64,000 nt of DNA from Lama glama (Eukaryota). The DNA is taken from positions 16,990,001 to 17,054,000 of the forward strand of contig CM052817.1 of assembly GCA_028534125.1 (NCBI GenBank), in the 5' to 3' direction. The notes under the pieces are model-generated. The model had not been told where the DNA came from. It did not search any database and saw only the letters and a list, made by a program, of their open reading frames with translations. A program made the translations under genes and the position numbers. Of this stretch, positions 1-14,330 are shown one piece after another; positions within the stretch are counted from its first letter, which is position 1, and each line of letters opens with the position of its first letter.

Positions 1-3000
1 GCGATGAGAGTGACATTTCTGGAGAGGAGACCTTACCCTGGGTTTTCTCTGTGAACTCCCTGAAATCTTGTGCTAAATTCTGTTTATGTGTACTTTTTGG
101 ACGTGGAGTGGGCAATAGAATTTATAGCTCAGCAAAAGGTATCCCTAACCCAACAAAGAACCACTGCAGACTGGACAGTGGGGTGCGGATTGGTTCAGCA
201 CACATGTCTAGAGCCACAGAACCTCGTGAGGAGGTGTTTTCAGTAATTCAGGCATGAACGAGGGGCTCAGATGCTGGATGACTGTAATTGTGTTGTTGAG
301 GGTTACCACCCTAAACTATATTTGAGTTAAATTTTCAGGCATAGGTAATTATGCCCTAAGCTGACATTTTTGCTTGAAACAAATTGGCTTGACTTAAGCA
401 GTATGCTCCATCTTCTGGAATTCTCGTATCCCTAAAGGTGTATCTTTACCTTAGGAATATTTGTTTTTTAAAAATAAAAGCTGTAAATAATTTTATAAGC
501 TTTAATTGTTGATTAAAGTTAGTACATGAGGAATTTAAATTTAAATTTTAAGATGCTTATCTGAAAAGATACGGGGACGCTCCAGTTCTGAGGTCTGTTA
601 CAAAGATACACCAGTGGCTATCTGCTATTTTAGGTTTATTTATTCATATCCTGTCTCATCTACAAAGGAATAAGGTATTGTACAAATGGGTGTAATAGAA
701 TATAAAACTGACAGGATCAGGATCTGGAGAAATAAAAAATAAAATGATACCTTGGCTATGTGTTTGATTTTGTTTTGGTTTTTTATTTTAATTTGGTTTC
801 AACCTTTCTGATAGCCAAAAAGAATAAGGTACCCTAACCATGTACATGATTGTGTAACTCTCTGGTTTCAGCCTTTAAAAAGAAGAAAAGCTAGTCTAAA
901 AAATCACATATTATTTTATATTCTAAAGTAAAAAATCAGTATTTGAAACGGAAGCTTAACAAACAAAAACAAATAACCCGTGTTTTAAGCAACGAAATTC
1001 ATTATTTAGCCAATTCCTTAATTGAGTCAAAATACTTGTGTTATTTCTATCATTTATAATTATCCCTCGAATCCTTCTCCATTCTAATTTTGCCAATTAC
1101 CATCATGATTTGTGCTTGTACAACCAAGTCTTTTGCCCTAGTTTATAGGAAGTTTTTAGTTTTGCATACATAATCAATGACATGTTCTGATTCTTCATAT
1201 AACGATGAAGACAGGAATTAGGAACTAGTGTGAAGGCATTTCTTTTAAAATTTGACTAGTGATGTTTACTAAGTTAAAGATTTTGAATTTTACATTAAAT
1301 AGCAGTAGGATCATGGTCAGGTTCAGTAAGAGCATTCATTTTACTCTGCCTGTGCCTGTTTGGAACACGGGACCTCAGAAGGTACTTATTTATATGAAAT
1401 GTATTTCACACATGATCTGAGAAAATGGCAGAAATAATAGTTTTATTAATACATGGTGAACTTGTATTCAGTGGTTTTAACCAGAAGCTCATTTGAAGAT
1501 TCAATAAAAATCAATGATGTTAAAAAAAAATGAAACTAACACTTTTATACCTCCTGAGTACTTGATTCTTTATTAGGTATTTTTAAGTTTGTTATTATTT
1601 ATCCTCATAACATCTCTACATAGTTATCTGCATTTTATAACTTGGCTCAAAAAGGTTAACATGTTGTATCTGTTTAATAAGGGAGAATGTCTAAACGGCA
1701 CGTGTGGCATTGCCTCTGCCTGGAGCCCTTATCAGCTCTTCTCTGAACTTAATGATCTGCTAAATGGTGTCCTTATATCCTTACCTGTTTGCCCGTCCTT
1801 CTTCCACATTAGACTAGAACCATCTCTTTAAAAGCACATATGATCGCCTCTTTGGTGATTTAAAGCTCTCTTGATTCGTACTAGGTGCAGGCTCATTTCC
1901 CGACTTTGAGCACTCTACTGTCACAATCTGCCTCCACCCACCACACCTGCCTTTACCCCTCATTGGCAGCCTCCCCTAAGCCTAGCCATTCGTCACTGTC
2001 CTGTCCCATTTCCCCTTGCCCTGTGGGGCCCTTGTGTGCACTGTTATCTCCCCTCAGTGCCTTTTCCTCTTCGTCAGGAGAACGGTATTTTCCTTCAAGC
2101 TCCACCTCTGTGTTCCTAGGCTCCTCCCGCTGCTCAGGGAATTCTGATTTCCGCAGCACACCCTGGGAGTACCAAGGTCACATTTCATTCAGAAATCTGA
2201 TGTTAAAACAGCACATTGGGTGTAGTACTATTGAAAAATAGCTTAAAACCAACAAGAAATTAAAATATATGTAGTTCTATGTAGCTAGTTCAGTAATTCT
2301 CATGCCCACTAAAATCTGAGGACCAGTGAACCAGTCTAGAGGAAAGCAAAATCTACATGCAGAAGTCTGTGAGCTCACACCATCTGCCCTCAACCTAAGT
2401 GTCACATCCCTACCACGTAATCAAACGTGACATTGATAGAGAATTCTGAAGTGTTTCTCCTTGCCTGCAGTGTTTTGTCTATTTCTAAAAATAATCTTCT
2501 TTGATTTAAATATATAGTAATGTATTTCTTTTATGAGAAATGAAAAAATGGGCAGTATGTTGAGGAGGGGATCAGATTTTACAGTCAGAGCATAGATCCA
2601 CTGTTGCTGAAGTATCTGTCACACTCCACTCCAGCTGTTTGTTCGCGTGGCTGTTTGTTTCTAGAATGTGAGTACTTTATGAGCTCAGATGGTTTTTTTC
2701 CCTCCTATTCACTCTTCTCTCCTCCCCAACAGTGCGTGCTAGTCAGTGTTTCTTTAGTAAGTAAATGCAAGATTATCAAGTATCTCATCAACTCCCAGAG
2801 AAATATTAATATTTAGGGTAGTATTAAGACTGAATAATTTTTGCTATTATGTATTTGAAAAATTTTAATCGTGTTTCATTTTCTTTGTACCATTCTGTTT
2901 TCTAGATTCTCTACAACAGTCATGTGTTATTTTTAGAGTTAGGAAAATGTTGGATATTAGTTAAATTAGTATGTTTATACTAACATATTTAGAATAGAAT

Positions 3001-3679
3001 TTTTAAAGTCAAAAGAGGAGACCAATCAGAATATTTCATTCCTTAGCCATAGTGGTACCCACATTTTATTTTCATGGCAAAAGCAATGCTTATAAATGTA
3101 AATTTTATAAGTTATTTTTTGTCTTGTTATCCAAATGCAACCAGCCTAGAAGATTTTAAAGGAAGAACTTAAATTAAGTGATCTTAAAACATAAATACAA
3201 TGAGTAACTACTGTTGCTAGTGAAGGTTTATTTCCCTGATGTGTTAAATACTTCAGATCTTCCAGGACCTAAACCATCTAGTTGACACTATTCAAAATGT
3301 TACAAAGTTTATTATTACGGCTCTGTGTTGAAATCTTTATGCTTATCACTATTAAATGGTCTTTACAATAACTAGTAAAATGCCCACCATCTGTATATAA
3401 AATAACTTTCAGAAACCTAAAGGAGACCTTATTTCTAAAGTATACAACAAAGGGAATTTTCTACCTGATATGCAGGGGAAAAAAAGAAAATGGATTATTA
3501 AATTTTTATTTGAACAGAATAGGCTGTAAGCTGTGCATTGATTTTCATAACCTTATTTACATGTGCAAGTAGCAATTCCAATAGTATATTTAAACATGGA
3601 AGGTAATGCATTTTACTATTCCTAGTTTTATTTATTTTTAAGAGTAAACTCTTAAATAAAACTTTATTTTAAATGCTAC

Positions 3680-3920
3680 CTTCCCAAATTCTCTTAACCC
3701 ATTTGCCCTGCATCATGCTTTCCCATAGCACTTTTTCCTTCTAATACATGGTACAGTTGACTTGTTCATGATGTTTATTGACTCCTCCCCTGCTAAAATG
3801 TGAGCTCAGTGAAGGCACAGAATTTGTTTCTTTTTTTGTTTGTTTTGCTGTTTTATCTCCAGCACTTAGAACAGAGCTTAGCACGTAGTAAGTGTGCAAT
3901 AAATATATTTGTTGAATAAG
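3680..3920 (+). mobile_element. LINE-2 3' end fragment
   Basis: Typical L2 tail: tccagcacttagaacagagcttagcacgtagtaagtgtgcaataaatatttgttgaat. Confidence 0.8.
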
Positions 3921-4294
3921 TGGGTAAGGCAGGTATTTAGTTAAAACCAAACTTTTTAGACCAGTATTTGTTGGATCCAGTGTCAAATAGAGTACTGTGT
4001 GGAACCAGTCACTTTATTCCATCTCTAACCCCAATGCTCCTGGATATAGGTGCATTCTAAAATACTGCAAAGTTACCAGCTGGCAAAAATCATTAATTCT
4101 AAGTTTGTGCATTTGTGTGTTTATGTGTTTGTGTATGTATAAGCATACACATTCACATAATACATATTTGTAGCAGTTACTCCTCATCACAGTCTCTACT
4201 GGGCATAAATGGATGAAATAAAAATTACAGTTATGAAACAGTGGTTAAAATAATGTCAGTGAACCGAATGTTTTGATCTTTTTTGAGCTGGTGA

Positions 4295-4489
<195 letters not shown>

Positions 4490-6655
4490 CAGATGCACGA
4501 GTGAGAAAAACAAAGTATTTGGCATTTTCATGTTGTTAAAACATGACAGCGGTGTGATCTCTGTTAAGAGCTCCAGTTGCCAAATTGCCAAAACCTCAAA
4601 TAATACATTTTAACAGTACTCAAAGTTTACAGTTTCTTTGTCCAAATATTAAATTTCTATTTCAGGGAAGAAGTGATGTATCTCTTACATCATATTTTTG
4701 TGGAAAAATTGTATTTTATGTTGTTGATGTTAGTTGAAGAGGTGATTTCATAGTTTACACATTCTGAAACGACTGTAATTACTTTAGAATCCCAAACCGA
4801 AAAATGAGGTGTGTGTTGACTTTGAATACAATAACTTTTTATGTACCTTTTAAACACTGAGAAGAATGTTCATGTTAACTCGTCTTACATTATATAAGGC
4901 CTTTCAGGTTGAAACTGCTCTTAGAAACTTTAATAGAGTAGTTAATAGAAAAATAGGTAAGAATAAAGCAATGTTGCCTTAATTTTAAAAGCTGCTATTT
5001 TAGAACTTGAATAAATGCTCTTAAAGTAACCATTATTAGGGACCAGAAAATTACATTTTGTTTAAGTTACAGGTGACCATTTTCTCTTTTTTGTACTTCA
5101 AAGTATTTTTGGTCAATTAGTTTGTTATAGTGAGGGAAAAAAAATCTTAAGGTTATCTCCCTTTTTTAAAAAAAATGGAAACACTAAACAGACTTGAGGG
5201 GAATAATATGAAATTAAGATAGATCTCCAATATTCTGAAATTCCAAAATAACGTTAAAAATTCCCTTCTGTTTCTTACATGGAATCAGTACCTCATGCAG
5301 AGTCAGTTAGTACCTCAGAGTACTGACTGGTTCAACGTAGTATTTCCGTTAGCGTTCAACTTCACTGAAAGGTAAACCGTAGCTCAAACCGTATATTGGA
5401 TTGCATTTTTGGAGTCCTAGGACATAACCTCTTAAAAATAATAGTAGTGTTGTAGGGTACTTGAAATTACTGATGTTATTATAATTACAGTCACCTTTTA
5501 GAACATCAGCCCCAATCAGTATGTCTGACATCCTGGGTATTTGTAGCACTTTTAACTCATCAAGTGATTTCAATTGAGATGGGCCCAGTGTGAAGATTTG
5601 ATCCCAAAGAAGCTTCATTCTCTTCTCCGCTTCTAAGAAATAACATCACCCCGTGTACTAAACTGGGCAGTTTGGCCTTTTGTTTTTTAAGCATTCTGTC
5701 CTGTAATTTTTAAAGTTATTTTTGTGTAGAAAGTATTTCCTGAAGTTGAAATTAGGATGGAAGTCAGATGTGCCGTCGTCTCTTCCTTCACGCCTTTCCC
5801 CTGGCCTTTGTGGATGTGATGCGTGAGAACACTGCCGTCCTGGTAGAAGTCCGCCAGATGCCGTGCTCTCCTCCCTCCCTGACTCTCCGTGCTCTTAATG
5901 TTGAGATGATGGAAAATGGACTGGAAATTCAAAACTCAAGCTACTATCTTTAGGTGAATACTAGTAATTATAACGTGCCTTTTGAGGGTGTATTCTTATT
6001 GAAATAAGTTGTTATGATGTGGGTACTGCTTTCATCAGTTTTTTTCAGTATTTTGAGGATTGCTATATTAATTTTTATAGTGGAAACTTAGTGAGTTGCT
6101 TCTGTTTTATATCCTAAAATCAAAATAGTGTGGGAATATTTTTAAATGGCCTGACCAGGCCAAAAGGGTAAAGTTGGAATATTTAAGATGTGATTACAAG
6201 TCAGAGTACATTGCTTATATTTTGTAAATTTTCATGAGCTTCATTCTTATTTAAATATTGTGTTAATTTTTTCAGTGAGTATATTTATAGTGTCAAACAT
6301 GGTCTTAAGATTAGACTTCTCCTGAAGTATGTCTGTGGAATATTTAGAATGCTTGTGAACACATTTATGTTTATAAATGATGCCAAACCACCATTTTCTT
6401 ACTTCACGTATTAGTATAGTTTAATTCTTGGTCATTCCAAAAGACATGGTTAACTGGAATCTTTATAATTAGAGACATTTTAATTCTTACTTAAATATAT
6501 GCTGCCTTATTCTCCCCCAAATTTGTCAACAGTTGACGACTCTGGAAACATGTTTTTGCAGTTCTGAAAACAGTTTGATTCAGGAAAATTTTTTTTAATT
6601 TGAAGTTTTGTACTAAAGGAATTAAAACCTTATTAAAAACAACAGTGACCAGTTC
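4490..6655 (+). other. PI4K2B: PI4K2B 3' UTR (3' end approximate)
   Basis: AT-rich, repeat-poor sequence after the stop; AATAAA at 4962 and 5010; TGTA (6609) then tandem ATTAAA (6621, 6632) just before LTR-derived sequence begins. Confidence 0.55.
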
Positions 6656-6779
6656 TTTGAGCAGATTATATCTTAAATCCTTGCACAGATACATGAAGGT
6701 TCAGGCAGCATTTTATGTTTTACAGTCGACCTTCTTTCCCAAAGTCTCTCGGGCAGCTGTAGAGTTGTGGGAAGATTCT

Positions 6780-7120
6780 CCCGTGTTGTCCCTCTGTTTC
6801 CAAGCCTCTCATGCGGTTAGTTTGGTTCCACGTGACTGTGTTCTGGCCAGTGAGATGTGGGGATAAGGGATCTACGTGACTTCCAGACCTGGCTGTAAAA
6901 CTCACTGCATCACAACCAGCGGTCATGGTTGGCCACTCTCTTGCCTTCCCATTTGGCTGTAAACAAAGAACTTGCAAAGCGGAAGCAGCCAGAGCACGTG
7001 AGTCACTGCTTGGAAACCTACCAGGAGAGCGCGCTGACTGCGCTGGACTGTGACATGAGCAAGAAACAGGTGCTTGTGTTTAGTCACTAACATTTTTTGC
7101 ATCTATTTGTTAAAACTTGC
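6780..7120 (+). mobile_element. MaLR (MLT1-type) LTR remnant
   Basis: gtgactgtgttctggccagtgagatgtgg ... ttgtgtttagtcactaac...tttgtta resembles the MLT1 LTR consensus. Confidence 0.65.
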
Positions 7121-7289
7121 TGTAGGCCTGTCCTGAGCATTATCGTATAAATATAAAAATACAAACCATTTTAAAATAAAAAATCAAAAACCAATCATAG
7201 GAGGCTGGATGGCAGCAGCAGTGGGTAGTTTTTTTAATCCCTAGTCCCCATCGAGCAGCTAGGATAGCAAAAGAGGAATCACAGTGATT

Positions 7290-7397
7290 CCATCTTCACC
7301 AACCTTTTTTTAAAGGCTGTATCTCCAAATACAGTCGCATGGGGGTTAGGGCTTCAGCATATGAATTTCGGACGGGGACACAATTCAGTCCAAAACA
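7290..7397 (-). mobile_element. MLT1A/B-like LTR 5' fragment
   Basis: tctccaaatacagtc...gggttagggcttcagcatatgaattt...gacacaattcagtcc; same motif as the copy at 60003-60377. Confidence 0.75.
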
Positions 7398-8249
7398 CTA
7401 CCGGAAAGAAAAGGCTTTTAAGCACCCCCAGATGCATTACTCTCCCTGAATGTGACCAGGACCAGCCTCTACCTCAGCCATTACTGCAGTCCCAGCCACC
7501 TCCTGGTCTTACCCCAGATGGAAGGCTGAAGTAATAGGAACACCCATCTGTAAATATTTCCTGTAGTGAGGCCTGAGAGGCATTCTTCTTAACAACGTGT
7601 AGGACCTTTCAACCTGGATTTGTCATAATTCTTTTGATAATTGAGATAAATGTCTTGCTTACTACTGGGCTCTTGGTTCTGTTCCACATAGTCATGTACT
7701 GGAACAGCCCATTCCTCAGTCACGGCAAACATATGAGTTTGCTTTAGCCCTTTATTGTTTCCTAAAATCCCAGCTCCTGAGTGGACAACAGTTTGTGTGA
7801 CGGATATAAATCACTCATTGAGTTCAACAAACATTTGCTGAGTACTCATTGCATGCCAGATTCTCCAAAAGGCAGTAGGAATACAAAAATCAGTAAAATA
7901 CAATTTAGGTCTTGGATTCGCTCTTTAGATACTGCTCCAAGGCAGAAGGAAAACCGGGAAATGATAACAGATCAAAATAAAGTATTTTCCAGGGAATAAT
8001 GTCTTAATCTTTATGTGTGCACATTTCTACCTTTGCCTCTTAGACTGTAAATTCCTTGCACACAGGGAAGGGAAACTAAATGCTTTGTAAACAAAATGCT
8101 TCACTGACTTTGACGTGAGCTCTCAACATTTTTCTTATGTATAACAGAAGCTTATTTTCAGTATCTAGATTCCTGTTGCATTGTGGAGTGTGTGGCTTTC
8201 ATTCAACCTCTTAATATATTTAATCTGTTCTTTGGAGGAAAGGGAGTAA

Positions 8250-8560
8250 CTGGTCTCCAAAATGCTTGTCCTCACTTCCTTCCCTCTTTGTAAGCATGTA
8301 CTTTTCCACCCATCAGGAAGTGGAATCCACCTCTTGCCCTTTTCAATCTGGGCTGGCCTTGCAGCTGGCTTTGACCATCAGAATGTAATGAACGTGCAGT
8401 GATGCTATTTTGGGGCTTAGCCTTTAAGAAGCCTGGTAGCCCCCACCCAGCCTGGGAAGTCAGCTGCCAAGTAAGAAGTCCAGCTATCCAGAGTCCACCG
8501 TGCTGTGAGGACGCCCAGGCTAGCCATGTGGAGAGGCTGCATTGAAAGAGAGGAGGGGAT
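8250..8560 (+). mobile_element. MaLR (MLT1-type) LTR remnant
   Basis: aatctgggctggccttg...gctttgaccatcagaatg...agctgccaagtaagaagtccagct motifs. Confidence 0.7.
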
Positions 8561-11000
8561 AAGGTCATTCTACTTACCACAGCATCATCTCTGTTAAGAA
8601 AATTAACAAAAAATCCTATTTATATAAACCATTTTCAAATATCTTCTGTTTTTCACCAAATATATATTTTACAGCTATGCTGCTTTGAGCTGAGATTCAA
8701 CCAACTTTTATACATTGCATTTGTTTGTTCTACCTTTTAATTTGGAACAGTTCCTTCATTTTCCCCGTGACGTTAACTATGGGGATATCCGCCATTCTGG
8801 ATTTGTCTCATAAGACTTCTTAGTATTCAATTTCATCCTCTACCCTCTGTATTTCCTGTAAACTGGGAGTGAGATCTAAAATCTTGAACAGTTTCAGGTT
8901 AAACATTTTTGGCAAGAATATTTCATACGTGACTCTACCTACTTCATATTGTGTTTATAGCAGGAGTCAGATAAGAGAGATTTAATTTTCATTGAAGAAT
9001 TCATCATGGTAAAGGAAGTCCCCAAAAAGCCAGAGAATTGTGGCAGCAGGAACTCTCTTCACGAAATCAGAAAATATCCTCATTTACAGAGTGTGGTTAG
9101 ATCACCCGTATTTCTTTGAAAACTTAATTCTTGTCCCATGTTTTTCACCAGTGAGTTTTTCTTAATTAGGCCTCCTTGTTGATGATGATGATGAGTTGGT
9201 TTCCATCAAGCAAATGTACTAATTTGTCACAATATCAAAAGCTTATTGTCATAGATGGTAGTAATTAAGCATGAAGTCTCAGGAACAAAATGCTTAGCTT
9301 GGAACAAAGTCGTGTTTGACTTCTGTGAGCTTTCCTTCACTGCGAGCAACTGTGCTTTCACTCAATGCTGAGAAGATCGCTAAGTGTTAAGCGGAACCAC
9401 GGCTTGAACTGTGAAAGCATGTAACAAAAATACATTTGTCTAAGCAAGTTGCATTATTAATCATTTTATCCAGTAGATTTTAACCTGCTTCAGAATCCAT
9501 GTAAGGAGTTCTTTGAGGGAATAAATCCTTAAGCTTTAAAGTTTCTGTTCTAGCACTAAGTAAGACAATAGATGTCACTTTTGGCTATAAATTTACTTAT
9601 GTCCTAATATTGCTCATTTTTAATAAATAGAAGGTGGGTCAAAATTCTCTTTTGACTAAGAGTTTGAGTAGACCTGTATTTAAGTCCTGACTCTGCCCCT
9701 CTCCATGTCCTTGGGCGGATCTTGCAACCTCCCAGACTAGCCTTCTCTCCACGTGTAAAATACGTGATAACGCCAACTTCAGAGGTTTATGACAGGGGCG
9801 AAATAACGTGTATGTATTTTGTGAAAAGTGCGGTACAAATTCTGTTAGTTACAGATTCAGGTTCTATCCGAGCAGCTGTCTATGTGTATTAATGGCGCTT
9901 TGGGAGTTTTGGTTTTAGATGATGAAATAAAGCGTACATCTGTGCTTATGGGTTTGGATTATTGCATAAATTTCTAGATTGGATATCATCTTTCCTGGAG
10001 CAGGGTGCCAGATTTGGAATCAAAGGCTATTTTAAAGTTTTCTGTTGTGTGACACCCGAGGGGTTGATCTGGCTTTGAGAAGAAAAGGCACCTGAGGTCA
10101 CTGGGTAATAATAGTAAGAGATTTATCCAAACCTGAGTCCCTGAGAAACTAAGCGACATTTCAAAAGGTATTTGTTCAGAATCCTGACATCCAGTTCCAG
10201 CCAGTGAAATGCTAATCTGGCAGTCGGTGGCTGGAGCCTCTGCAGGTCGCCTTGTGTGTGTTTTTTGAGACCTGAAAATTGAAAGCATGTGATATCAAAA
10301 AGAAGCAGCTGATCTACTCTGTATGCAAAGAGATGTGTTTATTTTTCCTTTGACTCCAGGAACCCTGGCTGCCCCTCAGCTCTGATTACACAATTTCCAC
10401 CTGACAGTGAAGACTTCTGGAACTATTGAGGCTTTCAGAAACAGTGGAAAAATCGGGTAGTCTTGTCTTCCCCAAGAGTCAGAAAGTTGTATAAACATTT
10501 AGGGCTGATCCCCTGGCTGCAGGAACTGGTTTAACCAGATTCGGTGATGCTTATGCCCAGATGCCTGTCAGGGTAAATATAATCTCCTTTAATCTCGGTG
10601 TGGCTTTGGGAACAATCCAGAAATCTATTCTAACTTTCACGTGTTTGTTTTAAATTGCAGCACTTACAGGTAATCAGAAACTGCCTTTAAACCCAGGCAC
10701 TGGTTTAAACTGAGGTCACCGCTGCTCTGGTACAGTTTCTAAGCAATTTACCATCCAGCTACACTTGCTCTCCGTGCTGTCGGTGAGTTGGAAATGAAGG
10801 AGTCCCTGACTCTCTAGCTTAAATGCTGCTCATCTGCGAGGACAGCATCCTCCTTAATATGTTTGGGGGGCAAACATTACTACCCTTAAGTTTCGAAAGT
10901 CTGTGGCCCAGAGAGGGCAAGTTGTCATCGCTGACATGGAAATTTGAAATAATCTACAGAGGAACACGGTAGAAAAAGCCTTTGACTCTGAATGAAGAGA

Positions 11001-11510
11001 TGGAAAGGCAGCAGACTACGCCACTCCCAAATATGCCAGTTGGGCACAAGAATGATTTGGAGATAATGGCAATTGAGAATCAGCAGATATAAGAAAAGCT
11101 CTCTGCCCTCCCCTTATTTGCCTAAAAAGCAAGACATAATCTGTAAAGATATTCCCCATTCCCCCACCCCCCAACTTCCCTCTGTACCAAGAAGAACAGA
11201 AGTTAATCCCTAGTTTCAATTCTAGACCCTTATTTACCTATAGTTTCCCCATATCCTTGCCTTCCCCAAATTTGTCCCTCACAGGAGCTCATCATGTCTT
11301 GTCATGTCTCTAAAAATGTGCTGTTCTCCTGTCAAGATGCTGTATAAGCGCAGGTTCTAACACCTCTTTGAGGTGCCCCCCTCCGAGTGCTCCCATGTGC
11401 ATGCCTGATACACGTTTATAAATGTCTGCTTGTTAGTTTTATTTTTTGTAGGGCTTCAGTTGGAGAACCCTAGATGGGTAGAGAAAGGAGAATATTCTTC
11501 CTTCCCTGCA
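11001..11510 (+). mobile_element. ERV1 solo LTR (MER34/MER39-like)
   Basis: gccactcccaaatatgcc...ggcaattgagaatcagcagat...gctctctgccctcccc...gcctaaaaagca start; ends ...ttccttccctgCA. Confidence 0.7.
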
Positions 11511-11749
11511 AGATCAAGTAGACTCTAGTGGAGGTTCTAGTCATACTTTGGGGAGGTTATTTGAGTTTCCAGTTAACGTGTCTGTGCATGTATGTATATG
11601 TATACGTATGTATGTGCAGGTGTGTGTATTTACTTACTTAGCCATCAACAGTGCTACAGCTTATAAAGTTCTTATTCTGCCATGTAGCTGTTAGGACACT
11701 GCTCCTTTTTTTTTCTAAAATGTGTTTGTTGGGGGTGGTTTCCCATTCA

Positions 11750-11871
11750 TCTTTTTGTGGGGGAGGGTGGAGGTAACTAGGTTTATTTGTTTATTTAGTG
11801 AAGGTACTGGGGATTGAACCCAGGACCTCGGGCATGCTAAACATGCACTCTACCACTGAGCTATACCCTCC
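11750..11871 (-). mobile_element. tRNA-Ala-derived SINE (camelid vic-1-like), copy 1
   Basis: Reverse complement reads GGAGGGTATAGCTCAGTGGTAGAGTGCATG...GTCCTGGGTTCAATCCCCAGTACC (A and B boxes) followed by an A-rich AAATAAACCTAGTTACC tail. Confidence 0.88.
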
Positions 11872-11879
11872 GACCCCTT

Positions 11880-12092
11880 CTGTAAAATTATTCTCTTTGG
11901 ATTTCCAGTAAGTTCTGTTTCCCCTTGGCCCTGTAGACTTAGGAGTGGAAATAACTTCCTACCGTTAATCACCCTCAGGGAATGCACATTGCCCGGGTAA
12001 TTGAACTTAACTCTGGTAAACTGTCCCATCACAAAACTTTCTTCAATTACCCAACGTGAGCGCACCATCTGTTTCCTGCCAGGATCCTGCAT
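11880..12092 (+). mobile_element. ERVL LTR fragment (LTR33-like 3' end)
   Basis: Ends ...tgagcgcaccatctgtttcctgccaggatcctg, typical of this LTR class. Confidence 0.55.
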
Positions 12093-12649
12093 GTCACACG
12101 TGTGATCTCATTTCATTCTTCCTGCCACCCAGAAGCGATGGGTATTATTACCCGCTTCGTATACCTAAGAAAGGCTCAGAAATGCTAAACAACTGGCCTG
12201 AAGTTACATAATTGACTTGTAAATGGTAGGGGCAGGATTCAAAGGGAGGTGTGCGTGACTCAGGGACCCCTTCACCAGACTGAACCATACTGAATTAGCC
12301 CTAGGGTCCCAAATTTTCCCCTTTGTCCTCTTCTCATAAAAAAATACTTTGCCAACCTGCATGAGTCTCTTAAAATGAAATCCATTAATAATGTAATCTA
12401 TCCAAACACCTCATTTCAACTAAGATGCACAAAATATTTTAAAATAAAAGGATACTTACAATAAAATACGTATTTCACATATGAATGCTCAGCATGACCA
12501 CACTGTTATATTACAATGAAGCTGTCAGATGCACCTACCTTCATGATCACTTGGATTTAAGATAAGTAAGACAAAATTGATTTTTTTCCTTTATATATGA
12601 CTTTTTGAAATCAGAGCTAAATTGGGATATTCATGTAGAATCACTCAGG

Positions 12650-13080
12650 TGGATCAGGTTTTGCTCACAAATATTCAACATCTCCCCACCACCTCCGTGG
12701 GGAGAGTGTTCTTTTCCTTTCCCCCCCTAGACCTTGGGCTTGCCAGTGTGGCCTGCCCTGGCCAAGTGGCACAGCAGCAGGCAAGGCTGAACTAAGGTGT
12801 GAAATGCGCTGGGCAGGGGGCCTTGCCCACCTGGGCCCCTGCCATTCTCATGCTGCCCCTCCAGCCTGGGCCCATGATGAGATACAGGGAGCAGACCTGA
12901 GCCCAACTCATGCTCGGAGAAAGCCCCGCTGACCAGGCGTCAAGCGGAACTGCCCCGCTGAGCCCCGCCTGCATCCGCCAACACTTTGCTAACCCACAGA
13001 TGTGCGGGGGAGAACGATCTGTTCTAAGCCACCGTGTTTTAGAATGATTTATTATGTGTGAAGAAATTGCTGACAGATAC
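12650..13080 (+). mobile_element. MaLR (MLT1-type) LTR remnant
   Basis: gaccttgggcttgcc...ctgccctggccaagtgg ... tgttctaagccacc...gaaattgctgacagatACA terminus. Confidence 0.65.
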
Positions 13081-14089
13081 AATCATCATGAAGGTAACGG
13101 CTTTAAAGGTGGATACAGATGGGATGTACTGGGGGTTCAAGGAACACGAGCCATGTTGCTGTTGATCACGTGAGTTTTCCACAATGATGAATAATTTTTT
13201 TTTTCCTGGACAACGCATAGTATAATTTCTCTTTAATACAGATGGTGGTTGCATACCTGTGATATTCAGATATATGAAAACTGCAAGTAACTACTTTGTG
13301 TAAAGTTAGAGTCTAGATTTAAAAACTATAAACAGGTTATTCACCTACATAAATTGTCTTTCCAGATTAGAAAAGTTGTGCAGAGCCTAGAGTAATTAAT
13401 TCTTCATTGCACAGGACTGTCCTAACCCTTACAGACCATTTAACACACAGCCCCTGTCCTCCAAATTCCAATAGTGCCTCTTAGCCCCTGTGCCAACCAA
13501 AAACACCTCCTGGCATTTTCAAAATGTGCCCCTGGGAGGTGGCACAGCCCTTGTTGGAATCACTAGATGAGATGATTCAGTGTTTCCTTCCAGCTCAAAT
13601 ATTCTCAGATTTTCTGAGTCTGATTTTAGTTGTCATTCAATCAGTGAATATGTACTAAATGTCTGTTATGTGCCAGCATCGTGGATATAAGAATAATACA
13701 CAACCGTTGCTCTCAAAGGGTTTACGGTGTAGAGGGAAGCACAAACCAGCAATCAGGCAATTCTCATGTACAGTGATGGGCGGTACCACTGCTGGATGTT
13801 CAGGATGCTACAGGAGGATGTCCATAAGAGGAGCATCTAACCTAATCCTGGGGCTCAGGAAAGGCTCTCCCAGAGGAGGTGATGTCTAAGCAGTCATAAG
13901 AGAGGTCTGGTTATTAATTAAGCAAATAGGAGTAAGAGGTGAACAGAGAGGAAGGAGCAGGCAGCATGCTCTTTCCCTGAAGCAAGGACCTGGATGACCT
14001 ATCTGCGGAGATTGTTGAGGGAGCACGAGCATTGAGTTGGAGGGATCTCGGTTCAAATCTGACCGCTGCTATAACCCTGAGCCGTTTTC

Positions 14090-14330
14090 ATAGCTAAGCT
14101 TTATGAATTGCTCGCTATGTTCCAGGCACTCTGGTAAGTGAATGCTGTGGATTACTTCTTTTAATCCTCCCAACAGTACCTAAAAGGGTGGGTACTATTA
14201 TTATCATCCCTCTGTTTACAGAATGAGAAATTGAGGCACAGAAAGGTTAAGTAACTTGCCTAGTCTAGCAAGCGGTGGTGTGGGATTAGAACCAAGACAA
14301 TCTGACTGCAGAGTCAATGTTCCTCCCCAC
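14090..14330 (-). mobile_element. MIR SINE
   Basis: MIR core: tttacagaatgagaaattgaggcacagaaaggttaagtaacttgcc...gggattagaacc. Confidence 0.85.
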
